Virus record (IMG/VR): IMGVR_UViG_3300042554_001750
Source of the DNA: a virus
Lineage: Duplodnaviria > Caudoviricetes
Length of the DNA: 64,000 nucleotides
Strand: one strand, 5' to 3'
The position numbers and the translations under genes are program-made. This document shows, piece by piece, positions 34,052-44,301 of this stretch (position 1 is the stretch's first letter; each line of letters begins with the position of its first letter). The notes beneath the pieces were generated by a model. That model saw only the letters and a program-made list of their open reading frames with translations. It was not told the DNA's origin and did not search any database.

Positions 34052-34882
34052 TTATAGTTCCAAATACTGCAATTTAAAATTTTCAGCTTGTTTTTCATAA
34101 TTAATATAACCACGAGGATTACAAACAATACGGCAATCACCGATCATATAATCAAAGTTATGATGGGTATGCCCATGGGTCCAAACTTTAATCTGCGGAT
34201 GATCCAAAATAAAATCACTAAGATCGGAACTATAAGCACCGTTCATGAGTGTGTCATCAGCATATTTTGGATGCGTACTCAACCGTGAAGGTGCCATATG
34301 GCCTACCACTACAAATTTTTCATCAAACTTGCCTTCAATGACAGTACGAATGTACTCTACACTATGACGGTGTCTAGCCGCGGTATGGGCAGGACGCAGT
34401 TTGGTATATCCCTTACTATCCTCACGAATGATACGGTAATCATTCATCATATCAGTAACAGTATGTAGTGTAAGTGGGTCATAATTATTCATGTTAGTCC
34501 AAAGTGTACAACCAATGAATGTAATATCATTGATCTTTTTGGTCATGTTTTCCAAAAAGTAAACATTCGGAAACTTACTACACTCGTTCATCAGGTCGTC
34601 AAGGCTACCGTGGAATTTTCCGTGGTAGAATTCATGGTTGCCTGCAATGTAGATAACATGCGGAAACTCTGAGCTACAACGCTTCAAAAAATCACGATAG
34701 CGTTGGGCACTTAGTTGACGCCGACCCAAATCAATATTATTGGCTGCACCCTCAGGATGGTCGTGCAGATCCTGAGCGATCATAATGTCGCCACTCAGGA
34801 TCAATACATCTGCATTTCCATCATTGGTTAAATTGATATCACCAAATTCAAGGTGAAGATCACTTGCTAGTGCTAGTTTCAT
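34052..34882 (-). CDS. Calcineurin-like metallophosphoesterase
   Basis: SDLH, GD, GNHE, GH, HGHTH. Confidence 0.88.
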   Translation of the reverse strand: MKLALASDLHLEFGDINLTNDGNADVLILSGDIMIAQDLHDHPEGAANNIDLGRRQLSAQRYRDFLKRCSSEFPHVIYIAGNHEFYHGKFHGSLDDLMNECSKFPNVYFLENMTKKINDITFIGCTLWTNMNNYDPLTLHTVTDMMNDYRIIREDSKGYTKLRPAHTAARHRHSVEYIRTVIEGKFDEKFVVVGHMAPSRLSTHPKYADDTLMNGAYSSDLSDFILDHPQIKVWTHGHTHHNFDYMIGDCRIVCNPRGYINYEKQAENFKLQYLEL

Positions 34883-34969
34883 TTCTTATTTCTTTTAAAA
34901 CATATTGTGAGCTTAAATATCCTAAGAATAAGCACACAACAATTATAATTAGTTCACGGACAACTGGTT

Positions 34970-35359
34970 TCATACGAAAAATCCCGCATTACGCAACTCG
35001 TTCAAAGCAGAATTACGGACCTTCGCATCAATATAAATTTTCTGCGGCTTGCCACTAGTCAAGTAGTCACACAGGTCCTTCGCCTCTTTCAGACCCAAAC
35101 GCCGATTGTCAACACTACGCACAGCCTTAATCATAGCGACCTTGTTTGCCGAAGCACTATACCCAGTAAGAGTAATGATACCGTCGTAGTCACCAGTCAA
35201 CAGAGAAAAGAAAATCTGACCCTTAACATCAGGGTCAAGGACACTTGCGATTTGGTCCCAAAGTTTCATACCATCATTAGTTCCGTAGGCATCCGTGATG
35301 CTACGCATGAAGTTGATACCACTTTGGATAATGTCTTGTTTGTGTTCAGCGGGAATCAT
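34970..35359 (-). CDS. Protein with ribosomal bL12 (L7/L12) C-terminal-like domain
   Basis: KVAMIKAVR...LGLKEAKDL matches the bL12 CTD signature; N-terminal half differs. Confidence 0.6.
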   Translation of the reverse strand: MIPAEHKQDIIQSGINFMRSITDAYGTNDGMKLWDQIASVLDPDVKGQIFFSLLTGDYDGIITLTGYSASANKVAMIKAVRSVDNRRLGLKEAKDLCDYLTSGKPQKIYIDAKVRNSALNELRNAGFFV

Positions 35360-35556
35360 TTCGTTGGACGTCTAAGTTTAGAAATTTGAGGAGTATAAAC
35401 AGGTTCTTCTTCTACGATTTTAACTGATTTTGATTTGCTTGTCAATAGCACTTCCAAATCATCATAGAAAATATAAACCAATAATCCTATCCAATAAACT
35501 ATGGAAAAGAAAAATAAGATTACGGTAAATGTTAAAAAGGCTGTGTCACTTAACAT
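35356..35556 (-). CDS. Small membrane protein
   Basis: Single hydrophobic helix. Confidence 0.45.
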   Translation of the reverse strand: MLSDTAFLTFTVILFFFSIVYWIGLLVYIFYDDLEVLLTSKSKSVKIVEEEPVYTPQISKLRRPTK

Positions 35557-35920
35557 CTTGAATATGCTTGCAAGTATGCCTGAAAGTAAATCCAGGACAT
35601 GTACAAGAATATTTACCAGAACTGTTTTTTGTAAGTAGATAGACTTTTCCGTTGCTACCTTGAACCTCTATAGCATTATTAGGCTTAGTCTCAACAACAG
35701 GCTTACCGAAATAAACCTCGTCACGCTCAGCCTTCTTATCCTTCAATTCTACAAATTTGCGACCACGGACATCAATGGTCATGGGCTTTGAAAACTTGAA
35801 CAGTGCCTTAGTACCAACCTTGATGTAGCCGACCATTTTAGTCTTGCTGTCGTTTACATAGTAAATGTGATTGGGAGTATTGTGCGACCCCCAATCAGTA
35901 GTCTCCTGAAGATATCGCAT
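35546..35920 (-). CDS. SWIM zinc-finger protein
   Basis: CTCPGF...CKH. Confidence 0.7.
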   Translation of the reverse strand: MRYLQETTDWGSHNTPNHIYYVNDSKTKMVGYIKVGTKALFKFSKPMTIDVRGRKFVELKDKKAERDEVYFGKPVVETKPNNAIEVQGSNGKVYLLTKNSSGKYSCTCPGFTFRHTCKHIQDVK

Positions 35921-35935
35921 TAGGCTACCACCTGC

Positions 35936-36379
35936 TCACGCACGAAAGCCTCGGCCGAGGGTAATGTAACCATCAGTATCATAAGACTTGACATACCAGC
36001 GACCATCCTTACGGAGAATGTACTCATACTCCTCGTATTGATGATGAGCCAAGTAATCCTGAAAATCAACAAAGTACCGGGCGCTGACACCTGCCTCGCC
36101 CCTATCACGACCATAGAAGGTAGTCATGTTACCATAGAGGTTGTCAAACTCAGCATCGGAGATAGTAGCATCCAACTTGGAAAAAGGATGCTTGGTACCA
36201 ATCATTGGCTTAAGGCTTGAAACATCTCCAAGGTCAATCAAGTCACGCAGGATGAAAGGATTGCTATAGTTTTCAAACAGGATCTTGCCGTTGTGCGACA
36301 GGTAACCGTCCCAATGACAATAAACTTGACCAACAGTACCGTCAGCAAATTCCAGAGCGATAGTAGAGCGAGTAGCCAT
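35936..36379 (-). CDS. Conserved phage hypothetical protein
   Basis: MATRSTI..VYCHWDGY. Confidence 0.65.
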   Translation of the reverse strand: MATRSTIALEFADGTVGQVYCHWDGYLSHNGKILFENYSNPFILRDLIDLGDVSSLKPMIGTKHPFSKLDATISDAEFDNLYGNMTTFYGRDRGEAGVSARYFVDFQDYLAHHQYEEYEYILRKDGRWYVKSYDTDGYITLGRGFRA

Positions 36380-36412
36380 TTGTGAGTCCTTTTCTTAACT
36401 GTCTATGTATGT

Positions 36413-36441
36413 ATTATATACCCAAATCCATTTATTGTCAA
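36413..36441 (-). promoter_or_regulatory. Early promoter with CATAGACAGTT leader
   Basis: TTGACAATAAAT-17-TATAAT; leader at 36397-36407. Confidence 0.85.
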
Positions 36442-36443
36442 CC

Positions 36444-36845
36444 TCAGAAAAGCATAGGAGTGTAGGTTTCTTCACCTTTTAGGGTCATCCAAATTTCTTT
36501 TTCCTCTGAGTAAATCAGTTCAGCATGTTCCAGTAGTGCCCTGCGTAAGCCTTCATCCATACGCAACCATCTATCAACGGTATCATAATCACCCCAGGCT
36601 CGGGTTTTCAGTCCTGTATTTTGAAGCCAAACACTCAACATCTTGAGACCTTCAACTGTATTGGCAGGATGACTGCGGCACATTGCTCCAACAAAATCAT
36701 TGGCAAGCAATGCAGTGAAAAAACTGCCAGGTTGAAACCCATGAACAAAGTAATTGAAAACGGGATCCGCAAATTCTTTCGGCACGTTGTATGTGACAAA
36801 AGTTTCGTAAAACCTATTTTCACTGTATTTGGTAAGTTTCATCAA
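36444..36845 (-). CDS. Hypothetical protein
   Basis: 133-aa ORF. Confidence 0.6.
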   Translation of the reverse strand: MMKLTKYSENRFYETFVTYNVPKEFADPVFNYFVHGFQPGSFFTALLANDFVGAMCRSHPANTVEGLKMLSVWLQNTGLKTRAWGDYDTVDRWLRMDEGLRRALLEHAELIYSEEKEIWMTLKGEETYTPMLF

Positions 36846-37138
36846 TCACCTGAGTCAATTTCATAGGATGATTGGCAATGCTTACAAGTGTACCGAGTCA
36901 GGCAACGACCGATAGTACGGCTTTCGTATTCATGTAAACAAGGAGTGCCGTCTGGGCGCAGTAGTACCTGACCACTAGCACGACCATACATGGTTTGAGC
37001 ACCACAGTTGGTACAGGCTACAGTATCATCTTCAGCACGATAGCCATACCATCCATACTTCTGACCGCCGTCACGCAAACGATCGGGACAGGGCATATGA
37101 CCGGTACCGTTACACGCAGGACAAGTTCCAAGACTCAT
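36842..37138 (-). CDS. Cys-rich zinc-binding hypothetical protein
   Basis: CPACNG, CTNCG, CLH...CKHC; AAGGAG RBS before ATG 37138. Confidence 0.6.
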   Translation of the reverse strand: MSLGTCPACNGTGHMPCPDRLRDGGQKYGWYGYRAEDDTVACTNCGAQTMYGRASGQVLLRPDGTPCLHEYESRTIGRCLTRYTCKHCQSSYEIDSGD

Positions 37139-37162
37139 TACATTCTCCTTTAACATATCCAT

Positions 37163-37191
37163 ATTATAGTATAAAACGGATTTATTGTCAA
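37163..37191 (-). promoter_or_regulatory. Early promoter
   Basis: TTGACAATAAAT-17-TATAAT. Confidence 0.8.
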
Positions 37192-37195
37192 CCAT

Positions 37196-37218
37196 TAAAA
37201 AAACCCCTTTCGGGGCTT
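37196..37218 (-). terminator. Intrinsic terminator
   Basis: CCCC-GAAA-GGGG followed by a T-run on the minus strand. Confidence 0.75.
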
Positions 37219-37220
37219 GA

Positions 37221-38198
37221 TTAAGTACGATTACTGGGGAAAGGCCAGAATCCTTGTGACTCATCAGGATTAACATAGCGATAACGCTCTGGTCTACCTT
37301 GTTCACGGTCTCGCTCACCCTTGACATAACCTTCTTCGTAGTTATTGCCATCCTCGTCGGTTTCATATCCCCAAGAATCGTATTCTTCACCATTGAATCC
37401 ATGACTGTAACCATCATAGAACGGAGTGCTACCAGTTTTGGGTTCGGTACGCACACTGTTGGCGTTATGCTGTACAGGCTTAGTAAACTCAACCTCATCT
37501 TTAGCATCACGCTCAACTTCACCGATAACCTCGTAACGGCAAGTACGACCCTTAGCATTGTTGTAATCGCTAGGAATGGACACTACGTCAGCAGGGTCAA
37601 TCTTAACGATAACAGTACGATCACCACTAAAACTCTGTAGATAACTATGGCTACAGAAGTGCAGACCTGCCGAGCAAGTATTGTCACGGTTGTCATCAAC
37701 CATGTTGCGTTCCATTTCTACAACACGACCAATGCTGTTGTCCATAGTGCCAGTATGACAATCAGTATAGTCACCACGCACACGCTTGTATGCGAGGAAG
37801 TGACCATCGGGAGTAATCGGCAGACTGTTCTTTTCTAAGAAGCCATAGAGTTCATCAACGGCTCGCTTGCTAGGATTACGCATGAGGTTGTTCATAAACT
37901 GAACCATTGGTTCAATGTCAAAGCCTTCTTCAAGCATACTTACAATGCGAGTAGCCAAAGCATTGTGGAATGCCTGACCACGCCAAAACATTTCACCGTC
38001 AACAACACTAACATTGCCGCGGCTGTAGTTAACAAGAACCTTAGTAGGGTTGATCAATTCCTTGACACTACCCCAATCACCAGCCTTAATAGCCTCTACG
38101 ACCTTGTTATAGGTCATGTGTGTTTTGTTGATGGTATGCGGTTCACCATCAATAACGATAACAACATTATCACCTTGGAGAATAAACGGATAACTCAT
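37221..38198 (-). CDS. rIIB: rIIB-like protein
   Basis: NPS.RAVDELYGFL, ITPDGHFLAYKRV, CSAGLH, VKIDPADVVSIP; follows rIIA. Confidence 0.85.
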   Translation of the reverse strand: MSYPFILQGDNVVIVIDGEPHTINKTHMTYNKVVEAIKAGDWGSVKELINPTKVLVNYSRGNVSVVDGEMFWRGQAFHNALATRIVSMLEEGFDIEPMVQFMNNLMRNPSKRAVDELYGFLEKNSLPITPDGHFLAYKRVRGDYTDCHTGTMDNSIGRVVEMERNMVDDNRDNTCSAGLHFCSHSYLQSFSGDRTVIVKIDPADVVSIPSDYNNAKGRTCRYEVIGEVERDAKDEVEFTKPVQHNANSVRTEPKTGSTPFYDGYSHGFNGEEYDSWGYETDEDGNNYEEGYVKGERDREQGRPERYRYVNPDESQGFWPFPSNRT

Positions 38199-38199
38199 T

Positions 38200-40329
38200 T
38201 TAGATTCCTTTAACTTGATCAACCATATTAATGTAGTCAACTACATCATCAATTTTAGCATAATAACTAGAAATATGTTGTAGCATTGGGTAACGACTCA
38301 TAACCTTTTCAACCTTAACCTTGTATTGTTCAATAAGTTTGTTAGGATCAACATTGTTGACAACGATACCAAACAGTTTGAACAATTGTTCCAAATAGTG
38401 TCGCTTGTGGTCATCAACTGCCTCTACATCCTTAAACTCAGCAAACAACTTGTAGTACGGGCTGTTTTGATTTAGATTACCGTTAATATACTTGAAATTG
38501 TTTTTAATGTCAATGCTGGCTTTGACCAAACCTAGTACATTACTGGTATCAGTAGCCAACAATTTTTCACGGACATGATCAATCAGATTGACCCAATTCT
38601 TTTGCTTACGAACCAATTCAATGTCACTCTTGCGAACACCATGAACGGTTTGACTAAAGATTTCTGCCCGTTGAAGATTCTCAACAAACATAGCCATGTC
38701 ACTCATGGGCACTCCAACTGGCTCCCAGTGATTCATTTCTACATAGTAGAATGTCTTGTTGGCATCGTAGTCACTAGCAGTACCGCCATTAGCCCAAACA
38801 TACTTGCGTTGATAACGGCTACGCTGGCGTTCAACAAATTGTAGGATACTTGCCTTACCCCAGTTGCCACTAACATCACGATCCTTCTCAAGCAATTGAG
38901 TAGCATACATGGTGTTGATTGGGCTGTGCAGGTCACGCAAGAAACTACCAACACTCATAGTTTTGGTTTTGTCAAATGGCTCAATCACAATGACCGACTC
39001 ACTATAAGTATCCATCTTTTTATTACGCCAGTGATACTTAGCCCGTTCCAACGCACCACGCTTGGTATCAGTAATAACAAAGTGAACATTCATAGACGGT
39101 TGAATGCGCCAAGCATGAACATATTTCTTGGTAACATCATCCAATATGCTGTCGGGCTTAAAATTATTACACTTGTCACTACTACGCTCCTTATGGAAGC
39201 CACGGATAGTGATGTTGTACTTTTCCTGAAGGTCAGTAACCTTCAACATAAAGGGCTTGATAAGATTGTATGATGTAGCATCAGCAAGCGGGAATTTAGA
39301 ATCAGTCACATACTTAATAGTAGCCGCCTTGAACAAGGCTTCACTATGGCGCTTGCTAAGATAATCTGCCCGTTGCCAAAAATTATCAATCTTGTCGGCT
39401 TCAGTAGCAATATGGATAGCCAGTTGGTTGTTTAATGCCTCAAGTTTATTTTTGATGGACTGAATTGTAGAAGGAATATAACTCAGACCTTCACGACTTG
39501 CTTGGAAGTCAAGTTCACCGATATTAAATTCCATAACAAGACCGCAACCAAGAAGACCGCGTAACTCGCCTAGTGTACTATCAGCCGCCGGCACATCAAT
39601 GGGATACTGAATGTTACCCATGATTGCTACACTAGATGAACGGTCACTACCAAGACTATGTACGCCTGGGATAATGTCACGATCCTTGTATTCGGGGTCA
39701 AGGAAAGTAAAGTCCTTAGAGCCGTGAATTACAGGGCGCAGTTTGAAATACTTGTAGACATACCTTGTCTCAGTACGGAACTTATCAAAGTCCCAGCGGT
39801 CGTTTACACTAAACTTGACCTCAACACCATTGGGTTCGGTAGTATCATTCTCAGTCATCAATGCGATACTAGGCACACCTTGATCATTGATAAAGGCTGT
39901 GTAGATACCCTTGCGACCGTTTTGAATAGCGGTTACAGTAAAATTATCTGTATAGCTAAACGGAGACTTACTACCAAGACCAAGAGCACCAATAAAATCG
40001 TTAGAATCGGTTTTAGTAGATTCAAAATAGGTAGTATAGATGTTTGTAACTTGTGCATGGCTAAGTCCTGTACCATAGTCACGAATACTGAACCATGGCT
40101 CTAGTTGATTCGGAAGATGAATATCAAAAGGCAAGTCTGGTTTGCCTGCGGCAACATGACTATCCACAGCATTGCAGGACAATTCACGGATGATAGCGCG
40201 GATCTTGTTAGCATACAGACCCGAACTCAGAATGTTAAAAGCCTTAGCTGAATTGCGAATACGGAACTCGCCAATCTGGCCTACATTACTAAGGATGGCC
40301 TCATTTTGAGGCGTGTTATTCAAAATCAT
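38200..40329 (-). CDS. rIIA: rIIA-like protein (GHKL ATPase N-terminus)
   Basis: LYANKIRAIIRELSCNAVDSH, IRDYGTG, GALGLGSKSPFSY. Confidence 0.88.
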   Translation of the reverse strand: MILNNTPQNEAILSNVGQIGEFRIRNSAKAFNILSSGLYANKIRAIIRELSCNAVDSHVAAGKPDLPFDIHLPNQLEPWFSIRDYGTGLSHAQVTNIYTTYFESTKTDSNDFIGALGLGSKSPFSYTDNFTVTAIQNGRKGIYTAFINDQGVPSIALMTENDTTEPNGVEVKFSVNDRWDFDKFRTETRYVYKYFKLRPVIHGSKDFTFLDPEYKDRDIIPGVHSLGSDRSSSVAIMGNIQYPIDVPAADSTLGELRGLLGCGLVMEFNIGELDFQASREGLSYIPSTIQSIKNKLEALNNQLAIHIATEADKIDNFWQRADYLSKRHSEALFKAATIKYVTDSKFPLADATSYNLIKPFMLKVTDLQEKYNITIRGFHKERSSDKCNNFKPDSILDDVTKKYVHAWRIQPSMNVHFVITDTKRGALERAKYHWRNKKMDTYSESVIVIEPFDKTKTMSVGSFLRDLHSPINTMYATQLLEKDRDVSGNWGKASILQFVERQRSRYQRKYVWANGGTASDYDANKTFYYVEMNHWEPVGVPMSDMAMFVENLQRAEIFSQTVHGVRKSDIELVRKQKNWVNLIDHVREKLLATDTSNVLGLVKASIDIKNNFKYINGNLNQNSPYYKLFAEFKDVEAVDDHKRHYLEQLFKLFGIVVNNVDPNKLIEQYKVKVEKVMSRYPMLQHISSYYAKIDDVVDYINMVDQVKGI

Positions 40330-40547
40330 TATTCAACTCCGAAATGTTTCTTGAGTTTATCGCCAAAACTGTCGTAGGGATAACTAGTATCATCACTATC
40401 CAATATCCGAGCACACTCCCTGATAACCCTGTGAGCATACTCTAGCATCTTCTTTTCATCGTATAGATCAAATCCACGACCATCATGTGGCTCTTGATAA
40501 TCAACTGCCCAGGGGTTAGGCAGCAGTTCTTTTAAAAGTTCATTCAT
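40329..40547 (-). CDS. Hypothetical protein
   Basis: 72-aa ORF. Confidence 0.55.
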   Translation of the reverse strand: MNELLKELLPNPWAVDYQEPHDGRGFDLYDEKKMLEYAHRVIRECARILDSDDTSYPYDSFGDKLKKHFGVE

Positions 40548-40553
40548 AAAACC

Positions 40554-40775
40554 TCAAACGTAGAAATCTTCACCACGCTGATAAGCGCCGATGGCGTCAT
40601 AAACTGCCTCACGAACCACAGTGTCAAGAGCCTCACCGTACTTCTTGGAGTCAAAATTAGCGAGGTCTTCAAGATTCTGATATACAGTTTTCCAGGAAAG
40701 ATTATGCTCCTTAGCATACTGAACGATGCCAAAAACTGCGACATTGCCTTCTGAAGTGAACATACCGAAATCCAT
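40554..40775 (-). CDS. Hypothetical early protein
   Basis: ACGGAG RBS. Confidence 0.6.
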   Translation of the reverse strand: MDFGMFTSEGNVAVFGIVQYAKEHNLSWKTVYQNLEDLANFDSKKYGEALDTVVREAVYDAIGAYQRGEDFYV

Positions 40776-40808
40776 AATTTGCTCCGTGTCTTAACTGTCT
40801 ATGAGACT

Positions 40809-40837
40809 ATTATATAACCAAACGGATTTATTGTCAA
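40809..40837 (-). promoter_or_regulatory. Early promoter with CATAGACAGTT leader
   Basis: TTGACAATAAAT-17-TATAAT; leader at 40793-40803. Confidence 0.85.
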
Positions 40838-40840
40838 CCA

Positions 40841-41164
40841 TTACCACTGATGATAAATCACCATATGATCAACATTTGGGACATTGCCCACTGGCCGGTA
40901 TATTTGTTGCTCACCGTCCCATTGATCCGGGTCAAAAAGTTTATCATGTTCACCGACTACAACAAAACGCACATCCTTGCCGGTGTGATGGCTCTTGACA
41001 AAAAATTCCTGAGGCATACCGAAAAACTCAGAAGCCAACTTAAGGACTTTGCGGGTCTTGTCGTATTCGCAATACTTGAGTGAAACAGTCGGGATTGTTG
41101 CCTCTTCGGTCATTTGACGATGCCGAGCAGCCTCGTACTTGCGGTCGGTAGCACTACGATACAT
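40841..41164 (-). CDS. Hypothetical early protein
   Basis: ACGGAG RBS. Confidence 0.6.
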   Translation of the reverse strand: MYRSATDRKYEAARHRQMTEEATIPTVSLKYCEYDKTRKVLKLASEFFGMPQEFFVKSHHTGKDVRFVVVGEHDKLFDPDQWDGEQQIYRPVGNVPNVDHMVIYHQW

Positions 41165-41193
41165 TGTTGACTCCGTTTTCTTACTGTACCCGT

Positions 41194-41222
41194 AGTATAT
41201 AAGAAAACGGAATTATTGTCAA
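41194..41222 (-). promoter_or_regulatory. Early promoter overlapping the clpP stop codon
   Basis: TTGACA-17-TATACT. Confidence 0.75.
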
Positions 41223-41809
41223 CCTCTGTTAGTAATTACTTTGTCAGCAAGTCCATAATCTACGGCTTCTTGGGCGCTCATAAAATTATCACGCTCCATA
41301 TCGGCGCTCAACTGCTCAAATGTTTTACCTGCTGAGTTATGCTTGACATAGATATTGGTCAAGTTGCGCTTCATTTCAAGTATTTCGTTAACCTGAATAA
41401 GCATATCGGTTGCCTGACCACGGGCACCACCACTGGGTTGATGAATCATGTGCCTAGCACTGGGAAGAATAAAACGCTTATTGGGTGCACCTGCTTGTGC
41501 AAGCAAACTCCCCATGCTACACGCCTGACCCATAACGATTGTGTGAATGTCAGGCTTAATAAATTGCATAGTATCATAGATGGCCATTCCAGCGGTTACG
41601 CTACCGCCTGGGCTATTAATATAGAGACTAATGTCCTTATCTGGGTTTTCACTTTCTAGGAACAACAATTGGGCAACAATTAAGTTTGCCATTTGATCGT
41701 GAACTTCACCTTCAAGCAAAATTACACGGTCACGCAATAGACGGCTGTAGATATCATAACTGCGTTCACCTCGGGCTGTTTGTTCCAAAACAATAGGTAC
41801 TAGACTCAT
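41219..41809 (-). CDS. clpP: ATP-dependent Clp protease proteolytic subunit
   Basis: [24 protein letters not shown] (catalytic Ser), MIHQP (His), RDNFMSA. Confidence 0.95.
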   Translation of the reverse strand: MSLVPIVLEQTARGERSYDIYSRLLRDRVILLEGEVHDQMANLIVAQLLFLESENPDKDISLYINSPGGSVTAGMAIYDTMQFIKPDIHTIVMGQACSMGSLLAQAGAPNKRFILPSARHMIHQPSGGARGQATDMLIQVNEILEMKRNLTNIYVKHNSAGKTFEQLSADMERDNFMSAQEAVDYGLADKVITNRG

Positions 41810-41857
41810 AAATTTCCTCTATAAAATAGTATTATTATACAGGAAATTTACAATATG

Positions 41858-43372
41858 TCAACGCTTCTTTCGCCCTACATCACCGACTTTTAATTTTTGT
41901 GATGGTTTAGATATGGTGCCAGCACCAGTAATATCTTTGGCTTTAGAAACCAAATCCTTTTCACTACTTGAATAATCTACCTCAGGTTCTCCGGGTTCGT
42001 CACTTACACTGTTATCAGTTCTTCCTAGTTTAAAACTAAATCCACCGGCAGTAGGCTCCGTGGAGCTTGATTTGTTCTCAACAGATATTTGACCGTCAAG
42101 TTTAGCAGGCCATTGTGTGGCAAATGTTAATTGACCACCCTTATAATCTGTGTATTGCTGTATGAAATTCATTTCTAATATTTGTAATACTGCATCTTGG
42201 AATTCAGGTAAGCCATCTCTAGAATTAATTGCTTCGGCTACATCTTTTTTAACAGCATAAACTATTTTACCGCCATCAGTTCCTGCACCCGAAACGCTAT
42301 CTATGATACTATTATATTTTGCTGGCATTAAATAATCATCTCGTTTTCTACCTGCTGCAATATTTTCTCTGCACATTTCTACGATGTTTGGATGCTTATT
42401 TGACCATGGCAAATATTTATGAAATTTTTTACTAATAGCTTGGGGATTTACACTGTAAATTAAATCCATTGCGCTGAATGCTTGTTGAATTGTTCCTTCT
42501 TTCTGGCAGATATCAATAAATTTAACTGCATTTTCAAAATTAGGATCATTTCTAATGTAATCAGGAACTTTTAATCCTGATATAGCAGGGGCTGCACCTC
42601 CGCCTGTGCCTTTACTTGAAATGTTTAATGTGTGGCTAGTTTTGGGGTTAGTAACAGTGGCAAAGCTGTCAGCAAGGTTGGTGTTTGCTTTACTGGGAAA
42701 GTTTAAAACTAACTCACCTATATCTGAACCCAACCATTGTTCAAATTGTGCTTTTCTTGGGAAACGACTACGGTCATACAACAACGCCAAAACACCTAGA
42801 TATTCACCTGCGTAATCAACAATAGCCTTTCTAACTTTTTCTTTATTCTTACCTTGATACTCTTCGGGCAACATTACATATTCGCCGGATGTAATGTATT
42901 TTGCTAATTCAATAATAACTTGACCGTAGTCGGTGCTGTTCAACGCCTTATTTTGAACGATTGTTTCATAAAAATCATGTGCAGGAATATTTTTATCTGT
43001 TATTCCTATTTGGCTAGGTTTGACTACTAAACCTTCTTTACCTGCAGTGCTAGCATCTTGACCTGCGGCAACCGCGGCGCCACCAAATTCATTTGTTTTA
43101 GCTAACTTACTTAGGGGAATTTCTCCCCCATCTATTGTTTTAGCTTTTAAAATACCTTTAAAAGTTTTACCAATATGATACATGTTGAAAAATTTGTTAG
43201 CTTCAACTGGATCAATGATAACTTCTTCCCCGTCAACAGTGGTGAACGGTTCTTGTTTTTTGATTTTATCTATAAATTTCTCAAAACGCCAGTCATATTT
43301 TGATATCTCGCCGGCACTTAAGCCAACCGCAGCTTCCGAAATTGTATCTAGAATGTTTAATAAATCACGCAT
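41858..43372 (-). CDS. Large hypothetical late protein
   Basis: CATAAATA box then ATG 43372 (MRDLLNILDTISE). Confidence 0.65.
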   Translation of the reverse strand: MRDLLNILDTISEAAVGLSAGEISKYDWRFEKFIDKIKKQEPFTTVDGEEVIIDPVEANKFFNMYHIGKTFKGILKAKTIDGGEIPLSKLAKTNEFGGAAVAAGQDASTAGKEGLVVKPSQIGITDKNIPAHDFYETIVQNKALNSTDYGQVIIELAKYITSGEYVMLPEEYQGKNKEKVRKAIVDYAGEYLGVLALLYDRSRFPRKAQFEQWLGSDIGELVLNFPSKANTNLADSFATVTNPKTSHTLNISSKGTGGGAAPAISGLKVPDYIRNDPNFENAVKFIDICQKEGTIQQAFSAMDLIYSVNPQAISKKFHKYLPWSNKHPNIVEMCRENIAAGRKRDDYLMPAKYNSIIDSVSGAGTDGGKIVYAVKKDVAEAINSRDGLPEFQDAVLQILEMNFIQQYTDYKGGQLTFATQWPAKLDGQISVENKSSSTEPTAGGFSFKLGRTDNSVSDEPGEPEVDYSSSEKDLVSKAKDITGAGTISKPSQKLKVGDVGRKKR

Positions 43373-43391
43373 AGTTAAGTATTTATGCGTT

Positions 43392-43883
43392 TTAGCATTT
43401 ATATAAGTTTTGATGCCTAAACCATCTGCGCATTCCAAATGCCCGTTTTAGGGGTATGTTTACTTCTTTTAGTTTTTGTTTATAGATAAAAAATGAAGGA
43501 CCGTGGCTCATTAATGGTTCTAAACCCAACTTGTGTCGCTTAAAACTCTCAACATCCCACTGATATTGGTGACACATTTCATGCGCTAAAGTAGCTATTA
43601 GCCATTGTTTGCAAAACCACTTGTCACTTAATCTAATTAGACAACTTGACTTATTTTTCTCTATGACTCCTGACAATCCAACACAATACCCCCAATATTT
43701 TCTGCACCTGGGTAAAATTTCAAATTCTGGGGTGGGAAGTTTGTTGTTAAAAACTTCTTCATTTAATAGCTTAAAAAGATGTTGTACTTCCCGTTTTGAT
43801 GTTCTATAAGAAAGTCTTTTTTGGTAGGTTCTGGATGGTAGTTCCTGAGCCATTAGTCTTTTGATTTGACTTTCTTTAGACAT
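43392..43883 (-). CDS. SprT-like zinc metalloprotease
   Basis: LFKLLNEEVF, TLAHEMCH, HGPSF. Confidence 0.8.
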   Translation of the reverse strand: MSKESQIKRLMAQELPSRTYQKRLSYRTSKREVQHLFKLLNEEVFNNKLPTPEFEILPRCRKYWGYCVGLSGVIEKNKSSCLIRLSDKWFCKQWLIATLAHEMCHQYQWDVESFKRHKLGLEPLMSHGPSFFIYKQKLKEVNIPLKRAFGMRRWFRHQNLYKC

Positions 43884-43986
43884 AGTATTTGTATGTAGCA
43901 TATCTCACTTGCGTAAAAAATGCTGATTTTACGGGAAAAATTGCCATTTGCTTCAGGTCAAGTAAATAGTATTTTAGGAGAAAATT

Positions 43987-44295
43987 ATGGAAATTATTAT
44001 CATTGCTGGCGTTGTAATTCTTGCAGGTTGGTACATCTTTTTTCGTCAACCCAAGAAGTCAGTAAGTGACCCAGTTGTTGCTGCACCATACAAAGTTGAG
44101 GCAGAACCAGCTCCAGTCGTAGAAGCCAAGGTAGAAGCACCTAAGGTTGAAGAAACTGCTGTTCCAGAGACAAAGGTTGAAGCTCAACCCAAAAAGCGTG
44201 CCGCTAAGCCAAAGGCTCCCGCAGCACCTAAGGCTGAAAAGAAGGCCCCGGCTAAGACAGCTAAAGCTAAGTCAACCCCACGCCGAGTTAAGTAA
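43987..44295 (+). CDS. Membrane-anchored Pro/Ala/Glu/Lys-rich protein
   Basis: N-terminal TM then low-complexity tail; AGGAG RBS. Confidence 0.65.
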   Translation: MEIIIIAGVVILAGWYIFFRQPKKSVSDPVVAAPYKVEAEPAPVVEAKVEAPKVEETAVPETKVEAQPKKRAAKPKAPAAPKAEKKAPAKTAKAKSTPRRVK

Positions 44296-44301
44296 TAATT
44301 C

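Noticed and set aside
36842-37558. 238-aa ORF as listed
   Set aside because: The N-terminal 140 aa overlap rIIB and a terminator/promoter; the real gene starts at ATG 37138
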